64,000 nucleotides of DNA from a virus, in the IMG/VR virus record IMGVR_UViG_3300021425_000006; one strand, written 5' to 3'. The translations under genes were made by a program, and so were the position numbers. Below the pieces are notes generated by a model. That model did not search any database. It had not been told where the DNA came from and was given only the letters and a program-made list of their open reading frames with translations. Positions within the stretch are counted from its first letter, which is position 1; each line of letters opens with the position of its first letter. Below are positions 19,333-28,245 of the stretch, in pieces.

Positions 19333-21003
19333 ATGCAAAAAATATTTAGTGTACCTTTAAACCCTAAACTTACTCCTGAACAATTTCAAGAGTATTATGA
19401 TTTTTTAAAGACGTACAAACATCTTATATACGATGTATACTTTACAAGTAGAATACCGCCTTTTGTGCAAGATGCAATGGGTGATATTTTCATGCATAAT
19501 GAGGATTATTCATATGCAATTAATACAGCACTGTATATTCAAAAAGAAATAGGTATACCGATTAGTGCTACATTTAATAATACTACAGTACCTCCAACAC
19601 AGTCTAATTTAGATACACTTATTAGAAACTTTAAACCTTTGTATGATGCAGGCGTAAAAACTGTAACTATTCCGCATACACACTGGATGGCAACAGGACA
19701 AATTAAAAAAGCATTTCCTGAATTACAAGTTAAAAATACAATTTTAAGAGATGTACGTACCGCCAGTGAAATAGTTAATCTTGCTAAAGTAGGATTTGAT
19801 TACATTAATCTTGATAGAGATTTAATGCGTGATAGAGATACATTACTACGCTTAAAAGAGGCAAAAGACTGGATTAAAGTTAATTTAGGAAAAGAAATAA
19901 AGTATAGTTTACTTGCTAATGAAGGATGTTTAGGAAACTGTCCAATGATGGTTGAACATTTTGAGTTTAATAATACAAGGCAAGACCCAACACCACAATA
20001 CTTTAATGATCCTATTAGTCGTGTTAGTTGTCCAAAATGGGACGTATTAGATCCTTCAGTTCATTTGAAAACAGCAGACCTTCCACCATGGAAAGAAGAC
20101 TGGGAAGAATTTTTAAACGACTTAGGTATTGATGTATTTAAAATGCACGGACGTGAAGCAATACCAAGACTTTACGAAACAATGGAAATAATTCGTAAAT
20201 GGGATAGAGACGAAGAAATTGTTGCAGCAGGATTTGAAACATATCTTGAAGAAACAAATTTAAAAGACAAGCCTATTAATATATGGCGTGACAAAATTAA
20301 AAATTGTAAATTTGATTGTTGGGAATGTCAATATTGTGATAAAATTTATAAGGCTAAGTCAGACTTAGATCATAGTGATATTATTAAACATGTAGCATCA
20401 GTTATTGCTGATAGCGGAGTACCTAAGATAAAAGTTGATGTACCAGGTTTAACAAGTCCAAGAGTACAAACAGTATTAAATGGCATTGCACAAGGAGTTG
20501 GCAGTTATTTAGAAATTGGCTCATACTTAGGTGCTACAATGTGTTCAGTTATTAAAGATAATCCTATAAATGCTATTGCTATTGATCAATGGGAAGAACA
20601 AATTCAACCCCAAAAAGACGAAACACTTCCACCAAACAATCTTGAAGAATTTAAAAAGAACATTGAAAGGTATCAACCTCAGTCAGGAGGTGTAACTGTA
20701 ATTAATGCTGATATGATGTCAGTTGATACAACCCCTTGGCAAAAGCAAGTACAGATGTTCTTCTATGACGGGCCTCACGATGCTGAAAGTACACGCGATG
20801 CTGTTATACATTATTGGAATACATTTGCAAATGAAGTTGTTTTAATATTTGACGATGCTAATTGGGATGGAGTTGTTGAAGGTGCGAGAGAAGCAATCAA
20901 TGCTTGTGAAGGATTAGTGACATATGAGAAAATATTACTAAACAGTGAAGAGAATCCAAAAGAATGGTGGAACGGATTATACATATTGGTTGTTAGAACA
21001 TGA
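19333..21003 (+). CDS. Peptidase-U32-family-like Fe-S protein fused to class I SAM-dependent methyltransferase
   Basis: LANEGCLGNCP...SCPKW...DVFKMHGRE, Cys cluster CKFDCWECQYC; C-terminal YLEIGSYLG...FFYDGPH...IFDD. Confidence 0.65.
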   Translation: MQKIFSVPLNPKLTPEQFQEYYDFLKTYKHLIYDVYFTSRIPPFVQDAMGDIFMHNEDYSYAINTALYIQKEIGIPISATFNNTTVPPTQSNLDTLIRNFKPLYDAGVKTVTIPHTHWMATGQIKKAFPELQVKNTILRDVRTASEIVNLAKVGFDYINLDRDLMRDRDTLLRLKEAKDWIKVNLGKEIKYSLLANEGCLGNCPMMVEHFEFNNTRQDPTPQYFNDPISRVSCPKWDVLDPSVHLKTADLPPWKEDWEEFLNDLGIDVFKMHGREAIPRLYETMEIIRKWDRDEEIVAAGFETYLEETNLKDKPINIWRDKIKNCKFDCWECQYCDKIYKAKSDLDHSDIIKHVASVIADSGVPKIKVDVPGLTSPRVQTVLNGIAQGVGSYLEIGSYLGATMCSVIKDNPINAIAIDQWEEQIQPQKDETLPPNNLEEFKKNIERYQPQSGGVTVINADMMSVDTTPWQKQVQMFFYDGPHDAESTRDAVIHYWNTFANEVVLIFDDANWDGVVEGAREAINACEGLVTYEKILLNSEENPKEWWNGLYILVVRT

Positions 21004-21587
21004 TACATAACTTTTTTAGTACTCCTATATACATTGATGCTGATCGAGACAATACAGTTGAATCAGAATTATCATCAATTATACCTAAACTAGAATTTAA
21101 GAACGATTGGCAACCTCATAATGATACAGCAAATACTACGTTTATACCTAATAAACAAACTAATATAATAGAAGATTATAAATTACTTAACACTAAAAAA
21201 TTAATTCTTAAGCATGTCAAAAAGTATCTTAATGATGCACAACAGTCTATCGAAGATGACTATCAAATAGCAGAGTCGTGGTTAAATATATTTGAGAAAG
21301 ATAATAATATCGGACTACATGAACACGGGTACCAGCCTAATACAGTTAGTGGTGTATACTATCATAAAGCTGATAAAGATTGCGGAATGATTTCTTTTAA
21401 AAGTCCAAATCCGTTTGTTATTTCTTTCCCTCATAGGTGTGAACAGTATAGTAACATTGTTAGAGTTCCGCCAGAGCAAGGAATGATAATATTATTTCCT
21501 AGTTGGTTACAACATAAAGTGGAGCCAAATAAAGCAGGTAAAGATAGAGTGTCTTTATCTTTTAACATAGAATTTTTATATAGGTAG
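21000..21587 (+). CDS. 2OG-Fe(II) oxygenase (TIGR02466-like)
   Basis: SWLN...HEH...SGVYY...FPSWLQHKV...RVSLSFN. Confidence 0.85.
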   Translation: MIHNFFSTPIYIDADRDNTVESELSSIIPKLEFKNDWQPHNDTANTTFIPNKQTNIIEDYKLLNTKKLILKHVKKYLNDAQQSIEDDYQIAESWLNIFEKDNNIGLHEHGYQPNTVSGVYYHKADKDCGMISFKSPNPFVISFPHRCEQYSNIVRVPPEQGMIILFPSWLQHKVEPNKAGKDRVSLSFNIEFLYR

Positions 21588-21591
21588 ATGA

Positions 21592-23106
21592 ATGTTTTTA
21601 AATAAAGTCAAAAAAATTGTAATATTTGGCGGCGGAACAAGTGGATGGTTATCTGCAGCATATCTAAGAAATCAATTACAAGTTCCAGCTGAAATTGTAT
21701 TAATTGAAGACTCAGATGCAGGACCAATTGGCGTTGGTGAAGGTACACAACCATTAACAGCAGAATTTTTATGGCGTTGCGGAATTCCACCTCACAAGTG
21801 GATGAATGCTAGTGATGCATCATTTAAGTATGGGGTTGAATGCATTGGGTGGAACGATGAGCCTTATTTTGTTGACAATGACACCGCTGTAAATAGTGTA
21901 ATTGCTGAAGACTTTTTCTACTCAGACTATTTTATAGATAAACCTTATTCAGAATTAGCAGAATGGCATCCAGCATATCGACTTGCTAAAGCAAATAAAT
22001 CTTTAAAGTATGAAGATTATCTAGATGTTAATACAGGTATGGGACCAAGTGGTTTTGGCTCTGTACATTTTTCTGCATATCAAATTATTAAAACAATCAA
22101 AGATCTAATAATTGACGATATTACATATATTGATACTAAAATTACAAGTATTACAAAAAATGAAAATGGTATTGAATATTTAATAAATGAAGAAGGCGAA
22201 AAATATACAGGTGATTTATTTTTAGACTGTACAGGATTTAGTAGTTTATTACTTGAAAAAGAGTTAGGATCAAAATGGCAGTCATTTAACGATTTAGGAT
22301 TACTTACTGATAGAGCTGTAATGATACAGACACAATATACTAATCCTCAAGAAGAATGTCATCCTTATACAAAAGCAACCACAATGGATGCAGGCTGGTG
22401 CTTTACTATTCCTATCTTTACAAGAGTTGGTAACGGATACATATATTCAAGTAAACATATTAGCGACGAAGATGCCGAAGCAGAACTAAGAAAACATTTA
22501 GGTGAGTATGTTGCACCAGCTAAACACTTAAAGATGAAGTGTGGTGCCCATCATGAGATTGCTTTAAAAAATGTAGTAGGAGTTGGTCTTAGTGCAGGCT
22601 TTGTTGAGCCATTAGAAGCAACAGGAATTACATTTACAACAGCACTAGTACATAGTTTAACTGATTTATTAAATGCAAATAATAATGTTTGGTCTGACCA
22701 AGCCAAGCATTTAATGAATCAAGGCTTTGGTGAAATGTCTGCAGAAATATTTACATTTGTTTGGGCACATTATCACTATAGTACAAGAAGCGATACAGAA
22801 TTTTGGAAAGAAGTACGTAGTCAAAAAATTGAAGATAGACCAAGGTTTGTAAAAGAGATACTTGGAGCATTTTTGCCTCGACCACAAAGATTTCTACATT
22901 TAACACCAAGCAGTATGTTCTGTGTTACGCAATGGTTTAGTATGCTTCATGCTGGCGGAGCATATGAAGGAACAGAGTCTGCGTTAACTGACAAACAAAA
23001 AAAATATGCTGAGTATTTTTGTAAATCGCATACCGCTAGAGTAGAACTAGCAGAAGATATGTTTTTAAATCATTATGATTATCTAAAAGAATGGTATGAA
23101 AGATGA
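21592..23106 (+). CDS. Flavin-dependent (tryptophan-halogenase family) halogenase
   Basis: GGGTSGW, GVGEGT, catalytic-Lys region ASFKYG, DLFLDCTGF, GWCFTIP, R.GNGYIYSS, GFVEPLEATG. Confidence 0.9.
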   Translation: MFLNKVKKIVIFGGGTSGWLSAAYLRNQLQVPAEIVLIEDSDAGPIGVGEGTQPLTAEFLWRCGIPPHKWMNASDASFKYGVECIGWNDEPYFVDNDTAVNSVIAEDFFYSDYFIDKPYSELAEWHPAYRLAKANKSLKYEDYLDVNTGMGPSGFGSVHFSAYQIIKTIKDLIIDDITYIDTKITSITKNENGIEYLINEEGEKYTGDLFLDCTGFSSLLLEKELGSKWQSFNDLGLLTDRAVMIQTQYTNPQEECHPYTKATTMDAGWCFTIPIFTRVGNGYIYSSKHISDEDAEAELRKHLGEYVAPAKHLKMKCGAHHEIALKNVVGVGLSAGFVEPLEATGITFTTALVHSLTDLLNANNNVWSDQAKHLMNQGFGEMSAEIFTFVWAHYHYSTRSDTEFWKEVRSQKIEDRPRFVKEILGAFLPRPQRFLHLTPSSMFCVTQWFSMLHAGGAYEGTESALTDKQKKYAEYFCKSHTARVELAEDMFLNHYDYLKEWYER

Positions 23107-23684
23107 CATCAATATTAACGGCTAAGTTTTTTCATAACGAAAATGTAGGTACAGAAGCACAAGTATCTCAACTACTCGATGATATTAATAGTGTTTATGA
23201 TGCAACACCTTCAACAGATGCTACTAATCTAGACTGTTGGAGATCTTCGCATGTCTATGAAAATATAAGTTGGCTAACTGATGCAATTATAGATCTAGTA
23301 AACGAAAATGTTGATTACTATAGTGAATTAGATAGTATTTTTGCAAAACTAATGACAAAACACAATCGTAAATATATTTTAACTTACTGGACTAACGTAA
23401 ATAAACCAGGAAGTAGAAATGTAATGCATAGTCATAAAGACGCAATATTTTCTGGTGTATACTATGTAAAAGGTGCAGATACTGGAGACTTAAGAATAGT
23501 TAATCCGGCTAACGTACTAGGAGATTGCGATAGTGCTTCACCATTTGTTAGAGACTTTTATTTTTCTCCGGCAGACAAAGATCTAATAATGTGGCCAAGT
23601 TGGCTACCGCATGAAGTAGAAACAAATAAACATGCAAGTAAAAATAGAATTAATATAGCATTTGATATTAGGATAGCAAAATGA
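23103..23684 (+). CDS. 2OG-Fe(II) oxygenase (TIGR02466-like)
   Basis: WTNVN...HSH...SGVYY...WPSWLPHEV...RINIAFD. Confidence 0.85.
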   Translation: MTSILTAKFFHNENVGTEAQVSQLLDDINSVYDATPSTDATNLDCWRSSHVYENISWLTDAIIDLVNENVDYYSELDSIFAKLMTKHNRKYILTYWTNVNKPGSRNVMHSHKDAIFSGVYYVKGADTGDLRIVNPANVLGDCDSASPFVRDFYFSPADKDLIMWPSWLPHEVETNKHASKNRINIAFDIRIAK

Positions 23685-24418
23685 AAAAGATACAATTTTT
23701 CTCGTCAATTCCTGGTGTAGCAGACGCATGTCCAATTATACCTGCAAGTAAGTACATTACTAACTGGCAAAAGCGAGCTAGAGAAGACTATAAAACATCG
23801 TCAAAAAGATCAAAAGGTAGGATGGATCATATTGCTCAATGCCCGGGCATATTTGATTTAAACAAACATGGATATATCTTACCAATGTGGCATGATGTTT
23901 TAATTGAGACTATGGGCGACGGCAAAGAATTTAAGTGGACAGTTCCAACATCAGATATTCACGAGCTTGCTGAAGGTAAAGAAATTCTTAGTAAGCAACA
24001 AACTGGAGTTGAAACACTAATGCCAGTTAAACCTTGGAGCATGACTTCACTAATTAAATTTAACACACCTTGGAATGTTATTGCACCTAAAGGGGTTAAA
24101 TTTATAATGATACCAATTGCATATCCTGATAGTTTTGAGTTTGAAAGTAGTATAGGTATATTAGATCCAAGTGTAAGTACTGAGTTAAATGTTCAAGCAT
24201 TTTACAATATTCCTAAAGGAGAGTATTTGCTTAAAGCAGGAACACCTTTAGCACAAATTATACCATTATCAGAGCAACAGTTTGAGTTAGTAGTAAGAGA
24301 TAAAAATGCAAGTGACGAGCTTTGGTTAAAAAAGAAACAATTTATTATGAACTTTACATTTAAAATTAAACGTAACTTAGTTCAAGATATATACAATAAA
24401 CATTTTGGAGGAAAATAA
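23681..24418 (+). CDS. Conserved-looking phage protein (CPG..D..GY, GTPLAQIIP; possibly dUTPase-like fold)
   Basis: ATGA-type overlap with upstream oxygenase; motif pattern only. Confidence 0.5.
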   Translation: MKKIQFFSSIPGVADACPIIPASKYITNWQKRAREDYKTSSKRSKGRMDHIAQCPGIFDLNKHGYILPMWHDVLIETMGDGKEFKWTVPTSDIHELAEGKEILSKQQTGVETLMPVKPWSMTSLIKFNTPWNVIAPKGVKFIMIPIAYPDSFEFESSIGILDPSVSTELNVQAFYNIPKGEYLLKAGTPLAQIIPLSEQQFELVVRDKNASDELWLKKKQFIMNFTFKIKRNLVQDIYNKHFGGK

Positions 24419-24861
24419 TGGCTATCGAAGAATTTGCAACAGAAGAGTTAAGCATTTTTACAATTAAGAAAAAAGAAGTAAAAGACTCCTATACTATGCG
24501 TAAGTTCCAACGAGATCGCTTACGATCACAAGTATTATTAACTCAACTATTAGACGAGAAAGATCTTATTCTATTTTATATTGATGAAGAAGGTATAGAG
24601 CAACATACTGTTGCAACTAGAAATTCACATCGCCAGCCTTTAAAAGAAGAACCTATAACAATGGAAGAATATAAAAAGGGTCCTGTTGAAGAAATTCAAC
24701 ATATTAGTTTTCTTAAAATACCGGGCTACACACCAATGGTATTGCATGTTGATTGTATTACTAAATTTATTTTAGCGACTCATAATATTTACGAAATACT
24801 TAATCCTCAAACACCACCAGAAGATTTGCACGGATCAAACATCAAACAAGAGCAAATATAA
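24418..24861 (+). CDS. Hypothetical protein
   Basis: GGAGG SD, TAATG stop/start overlap. Confidence 0.65.
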   Translation: MAIEEFATEELSIFTIKKKEVKDSYTMRKFQRDRLRSQVLLTQLLDEKDLILFYIDEEGIEQHTVATRNSHRQPLKEEPITMEEYKKGPVEEIQHISFLKIPGYTPMVLHVDCITKFILATHNIYEILNPQTPPEDLHGSNIKQEQI

Positions 24862-24904
24862 GTAGACACGTACAGATAAATACTCTATATAAAGGAGTTT
24901 TTTA

Positions 24905-26224
24905 ATGGCATCAAATCAAGCACCAGTTGTCGATAGAATTAGAATAATTCCTAGACCTGACGACTTTTTAGATAGAAATGTTGGTTCTAGTGGTGAAGTA
25001 TTCTTTAATAAAGCAACAAATTCATTAAGAGTGTACAGTGGCGCAATAGCTGGTGGCTACGAACTAGTTACGTCAGATTTAGCAAACGTAACCAATGATG
25101 CACTACTAACAAAAGCAACTACAGCAGGCCTTGCTAAAACAGACTTAACTAATATTGCTGACAGTGACTTTTTAACAAAAGCAAACCAAGCAGGAATAAC
25201 AGCAGGATCAGGCGGAGCAAGTATTGACGTTTCTGCAACTGTTCCTAGTTCACCATCTGAAGGGAGCATTTGGCTAAACAGTAATACTGGAGCATTGTAT
25301 GTTTACATTACCGATGTAGATGGTTCTCAATGGATTCAGCCAGTAGTTGGAGTAACCACAGGCGGTGGCGGCAGTGGCGACACTAATCAAAACGCATTTA
25401 GCAACTTTGCAATAGCAGGACAATCTACAGTAACAGCTGCAACTACAACCGATACAGTAAATTTTGCTGCAGGTTCTGGCATGACTATTACTACTAGCGG
25501 AGATACTATTACGTTTGCCTCAACAGGTGGAGGTGGCGGCGGTGGAATTGCCTTAACAGATTTATCTATTACTACAGCAAGTGCAAATGCTACGCCATCA
25601 TTAGTATACGATGACACTACCGGAGTATTTACATACACGCCACCTGCTATAGACAATTTTATTACAGCAAGCAGTACCGACGAGCTTACAAATAAAACCG
25701 GAAACATTAGTCAATGGACTAATGATGCAAACTATCTAACTTCAACTGTTGAAACAGATACATTAGATAGTGTGACTGGCAGAGGTGCTACTACAACTAA
25801 TGATATTACAGTAGGCGATATAACTGCTGATGCATATATTAATGCAGGCACAGGTTCACCAACATTTACTAGTGCTAGTTCAATAACACTAACAGCACCA
25901 GACGGTGTAATATCAAATGGTGTCTTTGCTCCTATGTACACTGGGTTAGTAAAAGGATCTTCAAATCCAGTTACAGTAATTGGACAAGGAGTTAGTATTA
26001 CAAGTGTTGCTGACAACGGCCTAGGTGATTATACTTTAACTTTTAGTAGTCCACTTGCTGCTGACACTGATAGTTTTGGATTAATAGGATCTGCACAAAA
26101 TCAATCAAGTTCAGCAACAGTATCATTTGTTAAAACAAGTACTACTGTAATTCGAATATACGTACATGATGCATCTGGCACGAACATAGACGCTGATGTG
26201 TTTCTTACGATTTATGAGATTTAA
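24905..26224 (+). CDS. Tail fibre-like protein
   Basis: G/T/S-rich; PSSPSEGSIW, DTLDSVTGRGATT fibre motifs; late motif GATAAATAC at 24875. Confidence 0.7.
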   Translation: MASNQAPVVDRIRIIPRPDDFLDRNVGSSGEVFFNKATNSLRVYSGAIAGGYELVTSDLANVTNDALLTKATTAGLAKTDLTNIADSDFLTKANQAGITAGSGGASIDVSATVPSSPSEGSIWLNSNTGALYVYITDVDGSQWIQPVVGVTTGGGGSGDTNQNAFSNFAIAGQSTVTAATTTDTVNFAAGSGMTITTSGDTITFASTGGGGGGGIALTDLSITTASANATPSLVYDDTTGVFTYTPPAIDNFITASSTDELTNKTGNISQWTNDANYLTSTVETDTLDSVTGRGATTTNDITVGDITADAYINAGTGSPTFTSASSITLTAPDGVISNGVFAPMYTGLVKGSSNPVTVIGQGVSITSVADNGLGDYTLTFSSPLAADTDSFGLIGSAQNQSSSATVSFVKTSTTVIRIYVHDASGTNIDADVFLTIYEI

Positions 26225-26226
26225 CA

Positions 26227-28224
26227 ATGAGTGAAAAGGAATATGTTGTTGTTGTTAATCGAGGTGAAGACTTAGAGGCATTTGATGCTGAACTAGAAGC
26301 ATCAACAGGTTCTGGACCAATACCAAATAGATCAGTAGAAGTTGCTAATCCAAGACCTGGATCAGATCGCATGACTCACTGGTTGCTTACTGACGACGAA
26401 GCAGAAGAATTAAAAAAAGATCCACGAGTATATTGTGTAGAAATACCTGTTGATCAAAGAGACGATATCCAGATTGGATACGCGGCTAGGCAAACAGGAA
26501 CATTTTATAGAGGTTCAAATTTACAATCAAGTTATGTGAATTGGGGCTTAAGAAGATGTACAGCAATTGATAACTCAACATTTGGATTTCAAACTACACT
26601 AACTGGAGATTACGATTATGCTATTGACGGTACTGGAGTTGATGTTGTAATACAAGACAGTGGTATACAAGCAGATCACCCAGAATGGGTTAGTACTAAA
26701 GACGAACTCATTGACACTGTACAAGGCGGTGTTGCTACATTTAATTTTATTGATAACAACATAGCAACTAATGATATATACGTACCATATTATCAATTCG
26801 CAAATCCTACAGCTAATTATATTGCTTCAATGACAGGCACACCTTGGGCAAACGGACAATATGATGGTGCCGAATTTTTAATACGATTTGTTTTAGCAGA
26901 CGGCAAGACTGTAGAAAGAACTAGAATATTCGGAGGCATAGGAAACGGTACAGTAACTGCAGAAAAAAATACTTTTGAACTTAGTCTAGCAGGTACAATA
27001 CATATTGAACAAACTAGCGAAGATTTAAGACTTGCTTTTACTTCCGGTGGATACACTCAAAACGGAGTAATACAGTTATGGTTAAAAGCCGGACAGACTA
27101 GAATGCGTCAAATAGATTGGTACGGTGCAAGTGGACTTAGTGGTACACAAAATGCAAATCATTATAGAGATGCTGACGGCCACGGAACACATGTTGCAGG
27201 TATAGCAACAGGTAAAACATATGGTTGGGCTAAAGGTGCTCATGTTTATTCACAAAAGTTAAATGGACTTGAAACACTTTCCGGATCTGACGGAACAGGA
27301 ATTGCAATATCAGATGCGTTTGATGCTATAAGATTATGGCATAACAATAAACCAAAAGACCCAGTTACTGGCGCAAAACGCCCAACAGTTGTTAATATGA
27401 GTTGGGGGTACAGTAGCGTTATAACAACTAATCCTGATTTTGGCACTTATAGAGGTTCAGCATGGACATGGGGATCTACATATACAGATCGATATGTATT
27501 ATGGGCAGCTACTGGTGTACCAACAGCAACTGAAGGCAGCGGCTTTAGAATGCCAGTCCGTGTAGGATCAATTGATGCTGAAATTGAAGCCATGATTGAT
27601 GCCGGCATACATGTTTGTATTGCTGCTGGTAATACTCCAATGAAGCATGATGTTTCAAATGGATTAGATTATAATAATGTTGTAGTATTTAATGCTGTAT
27701 CTTACGAGTACCATAGAGGAAGTTCACCGTATAGTGACCGTGCATTAAATGTAGGTAATATTGACAGTAGTATTCAAGCGTCAGGAGGAAGTTATTACGA
27801 TAAGACAGCAACATCATCTATTAGAGGCCCTGCTGTAAATATATGGGCTCCGGGAAATGGAGTAGTAAGCACAGCAAGTAATATAGGTGATGCTTCGTAT
27901 ACTACAATAGATTATCCAGATGATGATAATTATAAAATTATGAATATCGGAGGCACTTCAATGGCGTCTCCTCAAGTAGCAGGTCTTGTAGCATTAAAGG
28001 CCCAATCAACACCAACAGCAAGTCCAGATAAATTGCGTCAAGATATTATTAATGATGCAAAAGATGTAGTATATAACACAGGTTCTAGTACTGATTATGA
28101 TAATTTAAATCAGAGCTTGTTAGGTTCTGAACCTAACATAATGTTTTCCAAGTATGCGGTATATAATCCAATGTCTTATACAGGACCTCTAACAATTCGT
28201 AACGTTGGACCTCGATTGCGATAA
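26227..28224 (+). CDS. Subtilisin-like serine protease (S8) with propeptide and inserted domain
   Basis: Triad motifs VDVVIQDSG, GHGTHVAG, GTSMASPQVAG; oxyanion AAGN. Confidence 0.92.
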   Translation: MSEKEYVVVVNRGEDLEAFDAELEASTGSGPIPNRSVEVANPRPGSDRMTHWLLTDDEAEELKKDPRVYCVEIPVDQRDDIQIGYAARQTGTFYRGSNLQSSYVNWGLRRCTAIDNSTFGFQTTLTGDYDYAIDGTGVDVVIQDSGIQADHPEWVSTKDELIDTVQGGVATFNFIDNNIATNDIYVPYYQFANPTANYIASMTGTPWANGQYDGAEFLIRFVLADGKTVERTRIFGGIGNGTVTAEKNTFELSLAGTIHIEQTSEDLRLAFTSGGYTQNGVIQLWLKAGQTRMRQIDWYGASGLSGTQNANHYRDADGHGTHVAGIATGKTYGWAKGAHVYSQKLNGLETLSGSDGTGIAISDAFDAIRLWHNNKPKDPVTGAKRPTVVNMSWGYSSVITTNPDFGTYRGSAWTWGSTYTDRYVLWAATGVPTATEGSGFRMPVRVGSIDAEIEAMIDAGIHVCIAAGNTPMKHDVSNGLDYNNVVVFNAVSYEYHRGSSPYSDRALNVGNIDSSIQASGGSYYDKTATSSIRGPAVNIWAPGNGVVSTASNIGDASYTTIDYPDDDNYKIMNIGGTSMASPQVAGLVALKAQSTPTASPDKLRQDIINDAKDVVYNTGSSTDYDNLNQSLLGSEPNIMFSKYAVYNPMSYTGPLTIRNVGPRLR

Positions 28225-28245
28225 ATATAAAAAAGGAACTATATA

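Noticed and set aside
26689-27090. Intein in the protease
   Set aside because: No C-terminal His-Asn/+1 nucleophile junction and no endonuclease motifs
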